The notes below the pieces were generated by a model. It had not been told where the DNA came from and did not search any database. It saw nothing but the letters and a program-made list of their open reading frames with translations. From a bacterium (lineage in GTDB: Bacteria > Babelota > Babeliae > Babelales > RVW-14): 64,000 bases of DNA. The stretch spans positions 729,784 to 793,783 of the forward strand of contig CP064957.1 of assembly GCA_016699045.1 (NCBI GenBank), written 5' to 3'. Both the position numbers and the translations under genes were made by a program. Below are positions 14,647 to 23,907 of the stretch, piece after piece. Every line of letters begins with the position of its first letter. Position 1 is the stretch's first letter.

Positions 14647-15613
14647 AACGTTTCTAAGCCGAGCACTTACTCCTCAATTCTGGCAACAGAATAAAAACTA
14701 TTGCTTTCAAGGATCTGCCTATCCATACTTTTTTTTCAAAATGCTTTTTCCTCATCTAGAAAAGAATAATTGTTTACCCTCTGAGATAACAAAAACATGG
14801 GCTACCGTGTTGGATGAAAAAAAAATTCAAACAATGCTCGCTCAAAATATGCTGGGAATTGATTCTTTTTTTTGGTTCGGCGATGGAGCAGCTATTTTGC
14901 CTGAAAAGGCAAAAAAAAACTTAATCAATTTTTTTTGTTCGTACAAAGGGCCCAACAGTATTAGTTTTTTTGTTGATCTTGAAACAAATGTTTCGAACTA
15001 TCCATGCACACTTATCTCGATCCCTGCGACAATTAACTATACTGAATTTCAAGCGTTGCTTTCTTTTTATGAAAAAACTATTCCTGAAAAAAAAATACTT
15101 TTTCTTAAAAAAATATTTACTCACTCATCAACATTGCCACTCAATACCTGTTGCAATATTTTAAATATATTGGATTTGGTAAGCGTGCATTTACTTGATC
15201 AACTGTTTACCTATCTTGAAACATCACTTGATACACAGCCATCATTTATGCAGCTTTCAGAATATTTTTTTTCCGGCAACGCCCCCGCCTTTTTTAGTAC
15301 GTGGAGCAAAGTTGGCCCCGAATATCCCGATATATTTTGGTTATCATACTGGTCAGAACAGATATGGCGCGCGTATCATACAAAAAAATTTCTACAAAAA
15401 AACGACTTCGTTCAAGCAAAAAAAATTGGCTATCGCCTTCCTTATTCATTCATGAATAAATATTGGAAAAATTTTAAACTTCAAGATCTATCCGAATTGC
15501 ACGAACAATTGTATACTATCGACTATGCATTAAAAACAGGATCAACATTCTGTTTACTTGATCAATTTTATTTGAATTATTTTTTGAAGTATACTCAACC
15601 AAAGGGGATGTAG
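14636..15613 (+). CDS. DNA polymerase III delta subunit-like protein
   Basis: 325 aa with an 11-nt overlap onto the preceding lipoprotein gene. The C-terminal helical pattern (...LHEQLYTIDYALKTGS...) resembles HolA. The call rests mainly on synteny and size. Confidence 0.4.
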   Translation: MDFKTFLSRALTPQFWQQNKNYCFQGSAYPYFFFKMLFPHLEKNNCLPSEITKTWATVLDEKKIQTMLAQNMLGIDSFFWFGDGAAILPEKAKKNLINFFCSYKGPNSISFFVDLETNVSNYPCTLISIPATINYTEFQALLSFYEKTIPEKKILFLKKIFTHSSTLPLNTCCNILNILDLVSVHLLDQLFTYLETSLDTQPSFMQLSEYFFSGNAPAFFSTWSKVGPEYPDIFWLSYWSEQIWRAYHTKKFLQKNDFVQAKKIGYRLPYSFMNKYWKNFKLQDLSELHEQLYTIDYALKTGSTFCLLDQFYLNYFLKYTQPKGM

Positions 15614-15618
15614 AATTT

Positions 15619-15882
15619 ATGGCGCTATCACTATACGATCTTTTAAAACGCGAAATTAAACGTATGATCGTAGGCATCGGCAAAAACGGAGCGGGCAATA
15701 TTCACCCGCTTATCATGAACGAAACAGAACGCTACGTTATTGAACAAGTTTTACAAGAAACTAATAACAATTACTTACTTGCTTCAAAAATGCTTGGTAT
15801 TAGCAGAAGTACTTTATACAGAAAAATAGACACTCTCAGCATTATCACTAATAAACATAATCCTGAAAAGCTAGATTTTTAA
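15619..15882 (+). CDS. Fis-family helix-turn-helix DNA-binding protein
   Basis: 87 aa with C-terminal HTH_8-type motif LASKMLGISRSTLYRKI. Confidence 0.7.
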   Translation: MALSLYDLLKREIKRMIVGIGKNGAGNIHPLIMNETERYVIEQVLQETNNNYLLASKMLGISRSTLYRKIDTLSIITNKHNPEKLDF

Positions 15883-15885
15883 CGA

Positions 15886-16923
15886 TTATTTCATTAATGC
15901 ATCTTTAAAGAAATTCAACTCATCAAGAACCTTACCAGCACCAAGTACCACACACAGAAGTGGATCTTCGGCAACACGCACGGGTAAGCCAGTTTCTTTT
16001 GAGATAAGAACATCAAGTTTCTTTAGTAATGAGCCACCACCAGACATCATAATACCACGATCAACTAAATCAGATGAAAGCTCTGGCGGTGTGTTTTCAA
16101 GAGCTGAACGCACTGCATCAATAATCACTGAAATAGGCTCAGTCAATGACTCAAAAACTTCAGCATCAGTCAGTGTCAAAGTCTTTGGCACACCGGTAAT
16201 TAAATCGCGCCCCTTAATTTCCATTTGCTGAGATTCATCCGACAATATAGCTGTGCCAATTTTTATTTTAATATCTTCTGCCGTTTTTTCACCGATCAGT
16301 AAGTTATATTTTCGTTTTACGTATTGAACAATGGCACGATCCATTTCATCGCCTCCAACACGCACTGATTTGCAATAAACAATATCTTTAAGAGAAATAA
16401 TCGCAACTTCTGTCGTCCCGCCACCAATATCAACAATCATATTGCCAGTTGGTTCGCCAACAGGAAGGCCTGCGCCAATAGCGGCCGCCATTGGTTCCAT
16501 AATGGTATATACTTCACGCGCTCCTGCTTGCTTAGCAGAGTCTTCTACGGCACGCTTTTCAACTTGGGTAATACCAGACGGAACACCAATAATCATACGT
16601 GGTCGCACAAGTGTTTTACGATTGTTGTGAACTTCACGAATGAAATAACGCAACATGCTCTCAGTAAGTTCAAAATTAGCGATAACACCATCACGCATTG
16701 GCCTGCTCGCGATAATACTTTCTGGTGTTTTGCCAAGCATTAATTTTGCTTTATTACCAGCAGCAAGAACTTCGTTTGTTGAAGATTTAATAGCAACAAC
16801 TGAAGGCTGATCAAGAACAATACCTTGATCTTTAACATAAATTACCGTATTTGCCGTTCCAAGATCAATTGCCATATCATTTGAAAAAAAGCTAAAAAGC
16901 TTTCTAGCTGGCCAATATTTCAT
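15886..16923 (-). CDS. mreB: Rod shape-determining protein MreB
   Basis: 345 aa, actin-like: DMAIDLGTANTVIY, VDIGGGTTEVAIISL, MSGGGSLL. Confidence 0.96.
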   Translation of the reverse strand: MKYWPARKLFSFFSNDMAIDLGTANTVIYVKDQGIVLDQPSVVAIKSSTNEVLAAGNKAKLMLGKTPESIIASRPMRDGVIANFELTESMLRYFIREVHNNRKTLVRPRMIIGVPSGITQVEKRAVEDSAKQAGAREVYTIMEPMAAAIGAGLPVGEPTGNMIVDIGGGTTEVAIISLKDIVYCKSVRVGGDEMDRAIVQYVKRKYNLLIGEKTAEDIKIKIGTAILSDESQQMEIKGRDLITGVPKTLTLTDAEVFESLTEPISVIIDAVRSALENTPPELSSDLVDRGIMMSGGGSLLKKLDVLISKETGLPVRVAEDPLLCVVLGAGKVLDELNFFKDALMK

Positions 16924-16942
16924 TACGTATCCTTACCTCAAA

Positions 16943-18283
16943 TTAAAAATGCAGTTCTACTCCACATGAAACCTGATGTGTTTTACAGATCGCGCTACCA
17001 CCTACAGGAATATCGTATGCAACATAAATAGTAGGATCCAAAGACCAATTTTGCAAAGCTTTTTTAGCATCATACAAAAATTGTAGCGTCACATAATGAG
17101 ATCGACGCCTTGTTTTATTTTCTTTGTCGGCAATATTTGCATTAATTGCCTCCTGTGTAATATCAACCGCAGGAGTACGACTCAAATAACTTGGCACTAT
17201 TTTATCTTTACGCACATCATGAAATTCATCCTGTCCATAACGCAAATAAGTATAACGACCTTGTACACTCAAACCGTCAGTCAAATTTTCAAGAATTAAG
17301 TACGGTGAAATTTTAAACGTAAATCCCGGATCTACTTGAATATCGCCAACCAAGGAACTGAAAATATCTGGTTCTTGATAAACAGCAATGCGTCTAACCA
17401 TCGTCTTTCTAAATTGTCCTAAAAAACCAACCATTAAACCAACTTTTACATCTTGCTTAAGTTCAAATTCTGGCACGAAGTCAAAGTAAAGACCCCAATG
17501 CCCATTGCCCATAAATGGTATCGACGTTGGCACATCGTTATCGGCAAAACCACCTGTCGGCACAATAAGTCCAAGACGACCATTAACATTAATGCTTCGC
17601 ATCAACAATTTGTGATCGGTATAAAAATTGTACATAGCAAAAAGATCAAGATCTCCCAAGCCACCCTTTTGCCAAGCATTTTGATTAAAACCAATCAAGT
17701 CATGCGTTTGTCGGCGAATTTTGTCCATGGTCACATTGAGGTCAGCTTGCTCTTTATCTGTCAATGCACGCGGCAAAGACTGTTCTTGAAATTTTTCACT
17801 TAAAAATTGATAACGACAAGTTGTATCCAAATGTATCACAGGCATCCAAAAACCAAATAACAAATGATGCTCATCAGATATTTTGTAAGGATACTTGTAT
17901 GAAAAAGTCACCCCGCGCGATCTAATACGCTGACTAACTTTGAAAGGAGCACTTACCAAGTCAAAACCAGGACCGTATTTAGCAATGAATGGATTAACAA
18001 AACCGGGATCACCAGCAGCTTGGTAGGAAGTTATAATTGCATTTAAATCATACTGCCCCCACAACTCAGGAATCCCTACTGTACTTCGTGTGCGACTAAA
18101 TGCCGTTGATGCAAAAGTCATAAAAAACGAAGTATCTAAAACCTGTTTATCATGATATCCATAATCTTCAGGTTTTTCGAAAAAGGGAAAATAACGATTT
18201 CCATTATGAGTTGCACAAAGGTTATCGATAATTGTCAGAAAAAAAGCTACTAAAAATAAAAAATGCTTTCTGTGAGGCATCAT
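16943..18283 (-). CDS. Hypothetical outer-membrane beta-barrel protein
   Basis: N-terminal signal peptide (FLFLVAFFLTIIDNLCA), alternating hydrophobic/aromatic strand-like pattern, and a C-terminal ...GVELHF ending in Phe, as in OMP beta-signals. No family recognised. Confidence 0.4.
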   Translation of the reverse strand: MMPHRKHFLFLVAFFLTIIDNLCATHNGNRYFPFFEKPEDYGYHDKQVLDTSFFMTFASTAFSRTRSTVGIPELWGQYDLNAIITSYQAAGDPGFVNPFIAKYGPGFDLVSAPFKVSQRIRSRGVTFSYKYPYKISDEHHLLFGFWMPVIHLDTTCRYQFLSEKFQEQSLPRALTDKEQADLNVTMDKIRRQTHDLIGFNQNAWQKGGLGDLDLFAMYNFYTDHKLLMRSINVNGRLGLIVPTGGFADNDVPTSIPFMGNGHWGLYFDFVPEFELKQDVKVGLMVGFLGQFRKTMVRRIAVYQEPDIFSSLVGDIQVDPGFTFKISPYLILENLTDGLSVQGRYTYLRYGQDEFHDVRKDKIVPSYLSRTPAVDITQEAINANIADKENKTRRRSHYVTLQFLYDAKKALQNWSLDPTIYVAYDIPVGGSAICKTHQVSCGVELHF

Positions 18284-18549
18284 TTTTCCACCACGACGTT
18301 AAGGTGTTATGATACAAAATTGCACTGCAAAAACACGCTTGAATGCAAGTTTTGAGATTACTTCAAATTCAAGTTTAGTCAAGGAAACTATCGGCGATTA
18401 TATTATAATTTTTAGCGAGAAATAATCCTCGATAATATTACCATCGTAAATTATATTATCATCGCAATTGGTTCTATGCTAAATATTAAAATTGATGTAG
18501 ATTAAATTCAACAAAAAGGAAAGTGTAACTTCTTACCAGAGAATTACTG

Positions 18550-19368
18550 ATGGATGCAATAAAAAAATCATCGAACAAAAATCACCAAATTTTTGTTGCA
18601 AACTGGAAGATGTATGCATCAATCGATGAAGAAATTCGTATCGGCTCAGAAAATTATGATAATTTCATCAAACTTGCCAACAATCCGTATCATGAAATTA
18701 TTTTATGTCCTTCTTTTTTATCGCTTCATACACTCAGCAATATTTTTAGAACAACACCAGTTCAACTGGGCGGCCAAGACTGTTCCGAACATAATCAAGG
18801 CGCTTTTACCGGTCAAATTTCCGCAAAAAGTCTTAAGGCGTTAGGCTGTTCATATTGCATAATTGGCCACAGCGAACGCCGCCAATTTAATGCTGAGACA
18901 AATGAGCAAATTGCTCTAAAATTTCAACACTTGCTCGACCAGGGAATTGCACCCATCATCTGTGTTGGCGAAAATGAAACAGAATATAAAACACATCAAG
19001 CTCTTACTGTTCTAGAAAATCAACTTAAAGAAATATTCTCTTTGATCAAGGCAAGTAAATACGCCTTACGCGATCTGCCTATTTGTATCGCATATGAACC
19101 CATTTGGGCTATCGGAACCGGGATTGTTGCGCAACCTGAACATTTGAATACCGTTTTTGCTTGGCTGGCCAACCAAACAAAAAATGTAGCCCCAATAATT
19201 AATTGGAAGTTTTTGTACGGAGGCAGCGTTAAAGCAAACAATGCTGCTTTATTGAAAGAAATAGAATATTTAGACGGGTTTTTAATTGGAGGCGCAAGTT
19301 TGGATTTTCAAGAGTTTGAAAAAATAGTATACTGTACTCATCAGAGACACGAGAACTGTTTAGTTTAA
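18550..19368 (+). CDS. tpiA: Triosephosphate isomerase
   Basis: FVANWKM, IIGHSERR, AYEPIWAIGTG, YGGSV motifs. Confidence 0.95.
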   Translation: MDAIKKSSNKNHQIFVANWKMYASIDEEIRIGSENYDNFIKLANNPYHEIILCPSFLSLHTLSNIFRTTPVQLGGQDCSEHNQGAFTGQISAKSLKALGCSYCIIGHSERRQFNAETNEQIALKFQHLLDQGIAPIICVGENETEYKTHQALTVLENQLKEIFSLIKASKYALRDLPICIAYEPIWAIGTGIVAQPEHLNTVFAWLANQTKNVAPIINWKFLYGGSVKANNAALLKEIEYLDGFLIGGASLDFQEFEKIVYCTHQRHENCLV

Positions 19369-19417
19369 ATGAAAGCACCCGGCATTATACACGGCCAGGG
19401 GCACGTTGCGAGGAACC

Positions 19418-19762
19418 ATGTTTACTCTTTTAATGACCTTATTTATTTTCTCATCACTTCTTCTTGCCATTTTAATTTTGATTCAACAAGGCAAAGGCGA
19501 TATGGGTATGGGTAGCCTTGGTGGCAGCACTCAAATGCTTTTTGGCGGTTCAGGCGGACAAAACTTTTTTGAAAAAGCCACCTGGATTCTTGGCGCTATA
19601 TTTTTGTTTGGCTCTCTTGGCCTCACGGTACTCAAAGCAAAAACCACCAGAGAATCAGGCTTAAAAGGCTTTGTAAGCAAAAAGCTTGCTTCCAGAGAAG
19701 TAGCACAAGAAACTAAATCTCTTGATATGGATTTAGCAACTGACCGTAAAGATACTGTTTAA
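19418..19762 (+). CDS. secG: Preprotein translocase subunit SecG
   Basis: ATG 19418 follows GAGGAA. Has LLAILILIQQGKGDMG and a second TM segment. Conserved tpiA-secG synteny. Confidence 0.85.
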   Translation: MFTLLMTLFIFSSLLLAILILIQQGKGDMGMGSLGGSTQMLFGGSGGQNFFEKATWILGAIFLFGSLGLTVLKAKTTRESGLKGFVSKKLASREVAQETKSLDMDLATDRKDTV

Positions 19763-19836
19763 AAAGCTCTGGTTACGCGCAAAAATATTAACAGCAAAGT
19801 AACACACCACCTTGAAACATAGGAAATAGGAGAGCG

Positions 19837-20610
19837 GTGTTAATTAAACTTGCTGACTACATTGGTGCAAAATCAATTAGTTGTGCTGAACGCCTTGGAG
19901 AAATAGGTCTGTTTCTTGGTGATTCAGTCATTACGTTATTTACAACACGACTTAAACTTAAAAAACTTTTTTATTATATGAACTATATCGGCGTCAATTC
20001 GCTTGGCGTCGTTGGGCTGATTGGTATTACTGGTGGCGCTGTACTCGCGCTGCAAAGCTATATCGGCCTGCATCGCTTTGGTGCGCAACGATTTATAGGT
20101 CCCGTTGTATTTCTTTCAATGACGCGCGAACTTGGCCCCGTTTTTACCGCCATTATGGTTATTGGTCGCGCGGGCTCTGCTATCACGGCTGAAATTGGTA
20201 CTATGCGGATCACGGAACAAATTGATGCCCTACAAACCTTGTGCATTAATGTTAAGCAGTATTTAGTAATCCCTCGCATTTTGGCAGGCACGTTTATTTT
20301 GCCATTTCTGTCCATTATTTGTTCTTTATCTGGAATACTTTCTGGCTATCTGATTGCAGTTTACGCACTTGGCATTAACTCAGAAGTTTATATGGAAGCC
20401 ATTCGCGAAAGCTCAGAACTTTCTGATATTACCATTGGACTCTTAAAAGCATGTTTTTTTGGCTTTTTGATTACACTTGTCAGCACCTACAAAGGATATA
20501 CAACCAGTGGAGGTTCAAAGGGCGTTGGTATCGCAACAACAGAAAGCGTCGTTTTTTCTAACGTTACCATCTTTATTGCAAATTATATTCTAACCTCTTT
20601 ACTGTTTTAA
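19837..20610 (+). CDS. mlaE: MlaE-family ABC transporter permease
   Basis: 257 aa, multi-TM, with the MlaE/YrbE pattern (RELGPVFTAIMVIGRAGSAITAEIGTMRITEQIDAL). Followed by an ATPase. Confidence 0.85.
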   Translation: MLIKLADYIGAKSISCAERLGEIGLFLGDSVITLFTTRLKLKKLFYYMNYIGVNSLGVVGLIGITGGAVLALQSYIGLHRFGAQRFIGPVVFLSMTRELGPVFTAIMVIGRAGSAITAEIGTMRITEQIDALQTLCINVKQYLVIPRILAGTFILPFLSIICSLSGILSGYLIAVYALGINSEVYMEAIRESSELSDITIGLLKACFFGFLITLVSTYKGYTTSGGSKGVGIATTESVVFSNVTIFIANYILTSLLF

Positions 20611-20612
20611 TC

Positions 20613-21407
20613 ATGATACAACTTATTGATCTAAAAAAATCATTCGGAACAAAAGAAATTACGTGCGGCCTTGATTTAACCATCAATGCTGGCGAATTTA
20701 TTGCTATCATCGGTAAATCTGGCGAGGGGAAATCTGTTTTACTCAAACAGATTATTGGCTTAATCAAACCTGATTCCGGCCAAGTTATTATTGACGATGA
20801 AGACGTCACCAAACTCAAAGGCAAAAAACAACAAGAAGTTTTTAAAAAATGCGGCTACGTATTTCAGTTTGCCGCCCTGCTTGATTCATTAACCGTCTTT
20901 GAAAATATTGGCATCACTCTATTAGAAGAAAATATACCAACAGAGCAAGTACTTCCACTCGTTCTTGAAAAAATTACCAGCGTTGGCTTGGGCCCAGACG
21001 TTTTAGATAAATACCCAGCAGAACTGTCGGGCGGGATGAAAAAACGCGTTGGCCTTGCACGCACACTCATGCTCACGCCAAAAATATTATTGTATGACGA
21101 GCCGACGACCGGTCTTGATCCAATGACCACCCGTCTCATTCATGAATTAATTTTTGATACGCATAAAAAATTTAATATCACCACTATCGTCATATCGCAC
21201 GATATTGAAGTCTTCAAATTTGCAACACATGTTGCTATGCTTTACGAAGGTAAAATTGTTTATAAAGGCGATGCAAAAACAATCTGGGAATGCGATAATC
21301 CTTACATTTATCAATTTATTCGCGGCCTCCCAGACGGACCTATAAAACAAATAAGTACACAACCAGCAAGTTCAAGTAACACTCCAACAAGCCAAGATGA
21401 TACATAA
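20613..21407 (+). CDS. mlaF: MlaF-family ABC transporter ATP-binding protein
   Basis: Walker A GKSGEGKS, signature LSGGMKKRV, Walker B LLYDEPTTGLD. No mlaD follows. Confidence 0.85.
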   Translation: MIQLIDLKKSFGTKEITCGLDLTINAGEFIAIIGKSGEGKSVLLKQIIGLIKPDSGQVIIDDEDVTKLKGKKQQEVFKKCGYVFQFAALLDSLTVFENIGITLLEENIPTEQVLPLVLEKITSVGLGPDVLDKYPAELSGGMKKRVGLARTLMLTPKILLYDEPTTGLDPMTTRLIHELIFDTHKKFNITTIVISHDIEVFKFATHVAMLYEGKIVYKGDAKTIWECDNPYIYQFIRGLPDGPIKQISTQPASSSNTPTSQDDT

Positions 21408-21410
21408 ACT

Positions 21411-22706
21411 ATGATTTACGAAAAACCACTTCTTTTAATTATCGATGACGAAACCGCTATTCTCAAGACTCTCAAAGAAGCGTTAGAAGATGAAAGCTTT
21501 CGCGTGCAAACACTTGCAGAACCACGTGAAGCACTCGAGCTTATTGGTCAATTAGTACCAGATATGATTTTGCTCGATATTTCTATGCCACACATCAATG
21601 GCCTTGATTTGCTTGACAACATAAAAAGAGAATACCCTCAACAAAAAGTAATGATCATTTCTGGATATGGCAATATTCCTCTTGCACTTGAAGCAATCCG
21701 CAAAGGCGCGTACGACTTTATAGAGAAGCCTTTAAATTTAGACGAGATTTTACCAAAGCTCGAATTCTTAAAAACGGATACAACCCTGCAAACCACAAAG
21801 CCAAACTCTCAAAAAAGAAAACATGAAGAATACGGCATTGTTGGAAAAAGTTATTTTTTCCAAGAATTTATTGATCAAATCCAACGCGTTGCACCATTAA
21901 AACTTCCTCTCCTCATTTATGGTCATCACGGCACCGGCAAAAGTATGATGGCGCACTATGCACACGCACTCAGCACCATGGCAGACTTGCCGTTTCAGAC
22001 ATTCAACTGCGGATCGGACAACGATGATGATGATCTATTCGATACGTTTTTAACACAAACCGGCACATTATTTGTTAAAAATATTGATATGCTTTCAATG
22101 CGTTTGCAAAAAAAACTTGCCGCGCATCTTGAAAATAAAACACTAGAAAACCAACGCTTCATGGCATCGGCACATTCTTCGCTGATTTTTCGGGTTCACG
22201 ACGGTTCCTTTAACAGTCTGCTTTTTTTCAAGCTTAACGTAACTCCGCTTGAAATTCCAGCTCTCAACAAACGTCCGTATGATATTCCATTGTTGATTGA
22301 ATACTTTGTAGAAAAAAATAAAGAAAAACACCACAAAACAATTATTTTTCCAACAAGCACAGTACGCTTGCTCCGCAACCATCAATGGACCGACAACGTC
22401 CGAGAACTTGAACAATTTATCGAAAAGGTTACCTTGTTGGCACCTGAAGACCATTACGTTGTTACACAAGACAAACTAGAAATGTATTTCAAGGAAAAAG
22501 ACCTGGCATTTGTTGAAGAACAAAGTTTTACTTTTTTTAATTCTTTAAATGAAGCCACCTCTACCTTTGAAAAAAAATTTCTCCTGTATTTTTTGAGAAA
22601 AAATAAATATGACCTTGATCAAGTATCAAGCAAGCTTAGTATTAACACTTCTCAACTGCGATCCAAGATGCTCGATCTTAATATTGATGATATAAAAAGC
22701 TCGTAA
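21411..22706 (+). CDS. NtrC-type response regulator with degenerate AAA+ domain (REC-AAA+-HTH)
   Basis: Receiver domain (LLIIDDE...MILLDISMP), Walker A-like GHHGTGKS, WTDNVRELEQ (cf. WPGNVRELEN) and a C-terminal Fis-type HTH. GAFTGA is absent and Walker B reads LFVKNID. Confidence 0.75.
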   Translation: MIYEKPLLLIIDDETAILKTLKEALEDESFRVQTLAEPREALELIGQLVPDMILLDISMPHINGLDLLDNIKREYPQQKVMIISGYGNIPLALEAIRKGAYDFIEKPLNLDEILPKLEFLKTDTTLQTTKPNSQKRKHEEYGIVGKSYFFQEFIDQIQRVAPLKLPLLIYGHHGTGKSMMAHYAHALSTMADLPFQTFNCGSDNDDDDLFDTFLTQTGTLFVKNIDMLSMRLQKKLAAHLENKTLENQRFMASAHSSLIFRVHDGSFNSLLFFKLNVTPLEIPALNKRPYDIPLLIEYFVEKNKEKHHKTIIFPTSTVRLLRNHQWTDNVRELEQFIEKVTLLAPEDHYVVTQDKLEMYFKEKDLAFVEEQSFTFFNSLNEATSTFEKKFLLYFLRKNKYDLDQVSSKLSINTSQLRSKMLDLNIDDIKSS

Positions 22707-22818
22707 AATTCAGGTAAAAAATTCATTTAGACATTAGTTAATTACCTGCTAAAATATCAACATGAAATGTAATAAGTTACAACTCATAAGATTATTGAAT
22801 AGAGAATGAGGAGTTACC

Positions 22819-23802
22819 ATGGACAGCATAACGAATGCAGCAGCCGAACAAATAAAAGAACACAGTCTTAAATGGCAAACACTCAAAAGTGAAATACAAA
22901 AGACTATTGTCGGTCAAGAATATGTCATTGATCGTATTTTTATCGGTCTTTTGTGTGGCGGCCACATTTTACTTGAAGGCGTTCCGGGGCTTGCAAAAAC
23001 AACCTTAATTAAAACAATTTCTCAGGCAATTGGCCTTGATTTCAAACGCATTCAATTTACACCCGATCTCTTGCCAGCAGATTTATTAGGCACCTTAGTT
23101 TACAACCCAAAAACACAAGAATTTCAAACACGCAAGGGCCCCATTTTTACCAATCTGTTACTTGCTGACGAAATAAACCGCGCCCCCGCCAAAGTACAAT
23201 CTGCATTGCTTGAAGCCATGCAAGAACGACAAATTACACTTGGCGACAGCACATTTCATCTCGAAGATAATTTCTTGGTTCTTGCAACACAAAATCCGAT
23301 CGACCAAGAAGGTACCTACCGCCTTCCAGAAGCTCAAGTTGACCGTTTTATGTTTAAACTATTGATGGGCTACCCAACAATACAAGAAGAAAAAGAAATC
23401 GTTTACAAAGCAAATAACCAACAAAAAATTAATACCGTTTTAGATAAAGAAGAAATTAACGCCGCAAAAAACTTGGTCAACCAGGTGTATATCGATGATA
23501 AAGTAATTGAATACACACTTAAACTTGTTTTTGCATCCAGAACCCCTCAAGACTTTAACCTCGACGATATTCATTTTTTTATTCAATACGGCGCCTCTCC
23601 CCGCGCAACTCTTGCTATCAACCAAGCCGCAAAGGCACATGCTTTTTTACGCAAGCGCCATTTTGTGATACCGGACGACGTAAAAGCGGTTGCTCCCGAT
23701 ATTTTGCGTCACCGTATTTTGCTCACGTACGAAGCCGAAGCAGAAAACATTACAACCGACCAAATCATACAACAAATTTTACGGACCATCCCAACTCCCT
23801 AA
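22819..23802 (+). CDS. MoxR-family AAA+ ATPase
   Basis: LLEGVPGLAKTTLIKT...RIQFTPDLLPADLLGT, LLADEINRAPAKVQSALLEAMQERQ, VLATQNP. Confidence 0.9.
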   Translation: MDSITNAAAEQIKEHSLKWQTLKSEIQKTIVGQEYVIDRIFIGLLCGGHILLEGVPGLAKTTLIKTISQAIGLDFKRIQFTPDLLPADLLGTLVYNPKTQEFQTRKGPIFTNLLLADEINRAPAKVQSALLEAMQERQITLGDSTFHLEDNFLVLATQNPIDQEGTYRLPEAQVDRFMFKLLMGYPTIQEEKEIVYKANNQQKINTVLDKEEINAAKNLVNQVYIDDKVIEYTLKLVFASRTPQDFNLDDIHFFIQYGASPRATLAINQAAKAHAFLRKRHFVIPDDVKAVAPDILRHRILLTYEAEAENITTDQIIQQILRTIPTP

Positions 23803-23851
23803 CGATGAGCCCAGCACACTACAAGATGTATGACGGTTTAATTTTGTTTTC

Positions 23852-23881
23852 TTGACAGAAAAGAGATGGTAACAGTATCTT
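23852..23881 (+). promoter_or_regulatory. Candidate sigma70-type promoter of the secretin operon
   Basis: TTGACA (23852-23857), 18-nt spacer, TATCTT (23876-23881), ~27 nt upstream of the gspC-like start. Pattern match only. Confidence 0.25.
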
Positions 23882-23907
23882 CGTAGTCTAAAAGAGGATA
23901 TTTGGCT

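Noticed and set aside
22711-22750. Hairpin CAGGTAA...TTACCTG after the regulator gene as a terminator
   Set aside because: It has only a 7-bp stem with a ~23-nt loop and no T-run, which is too weak to call.
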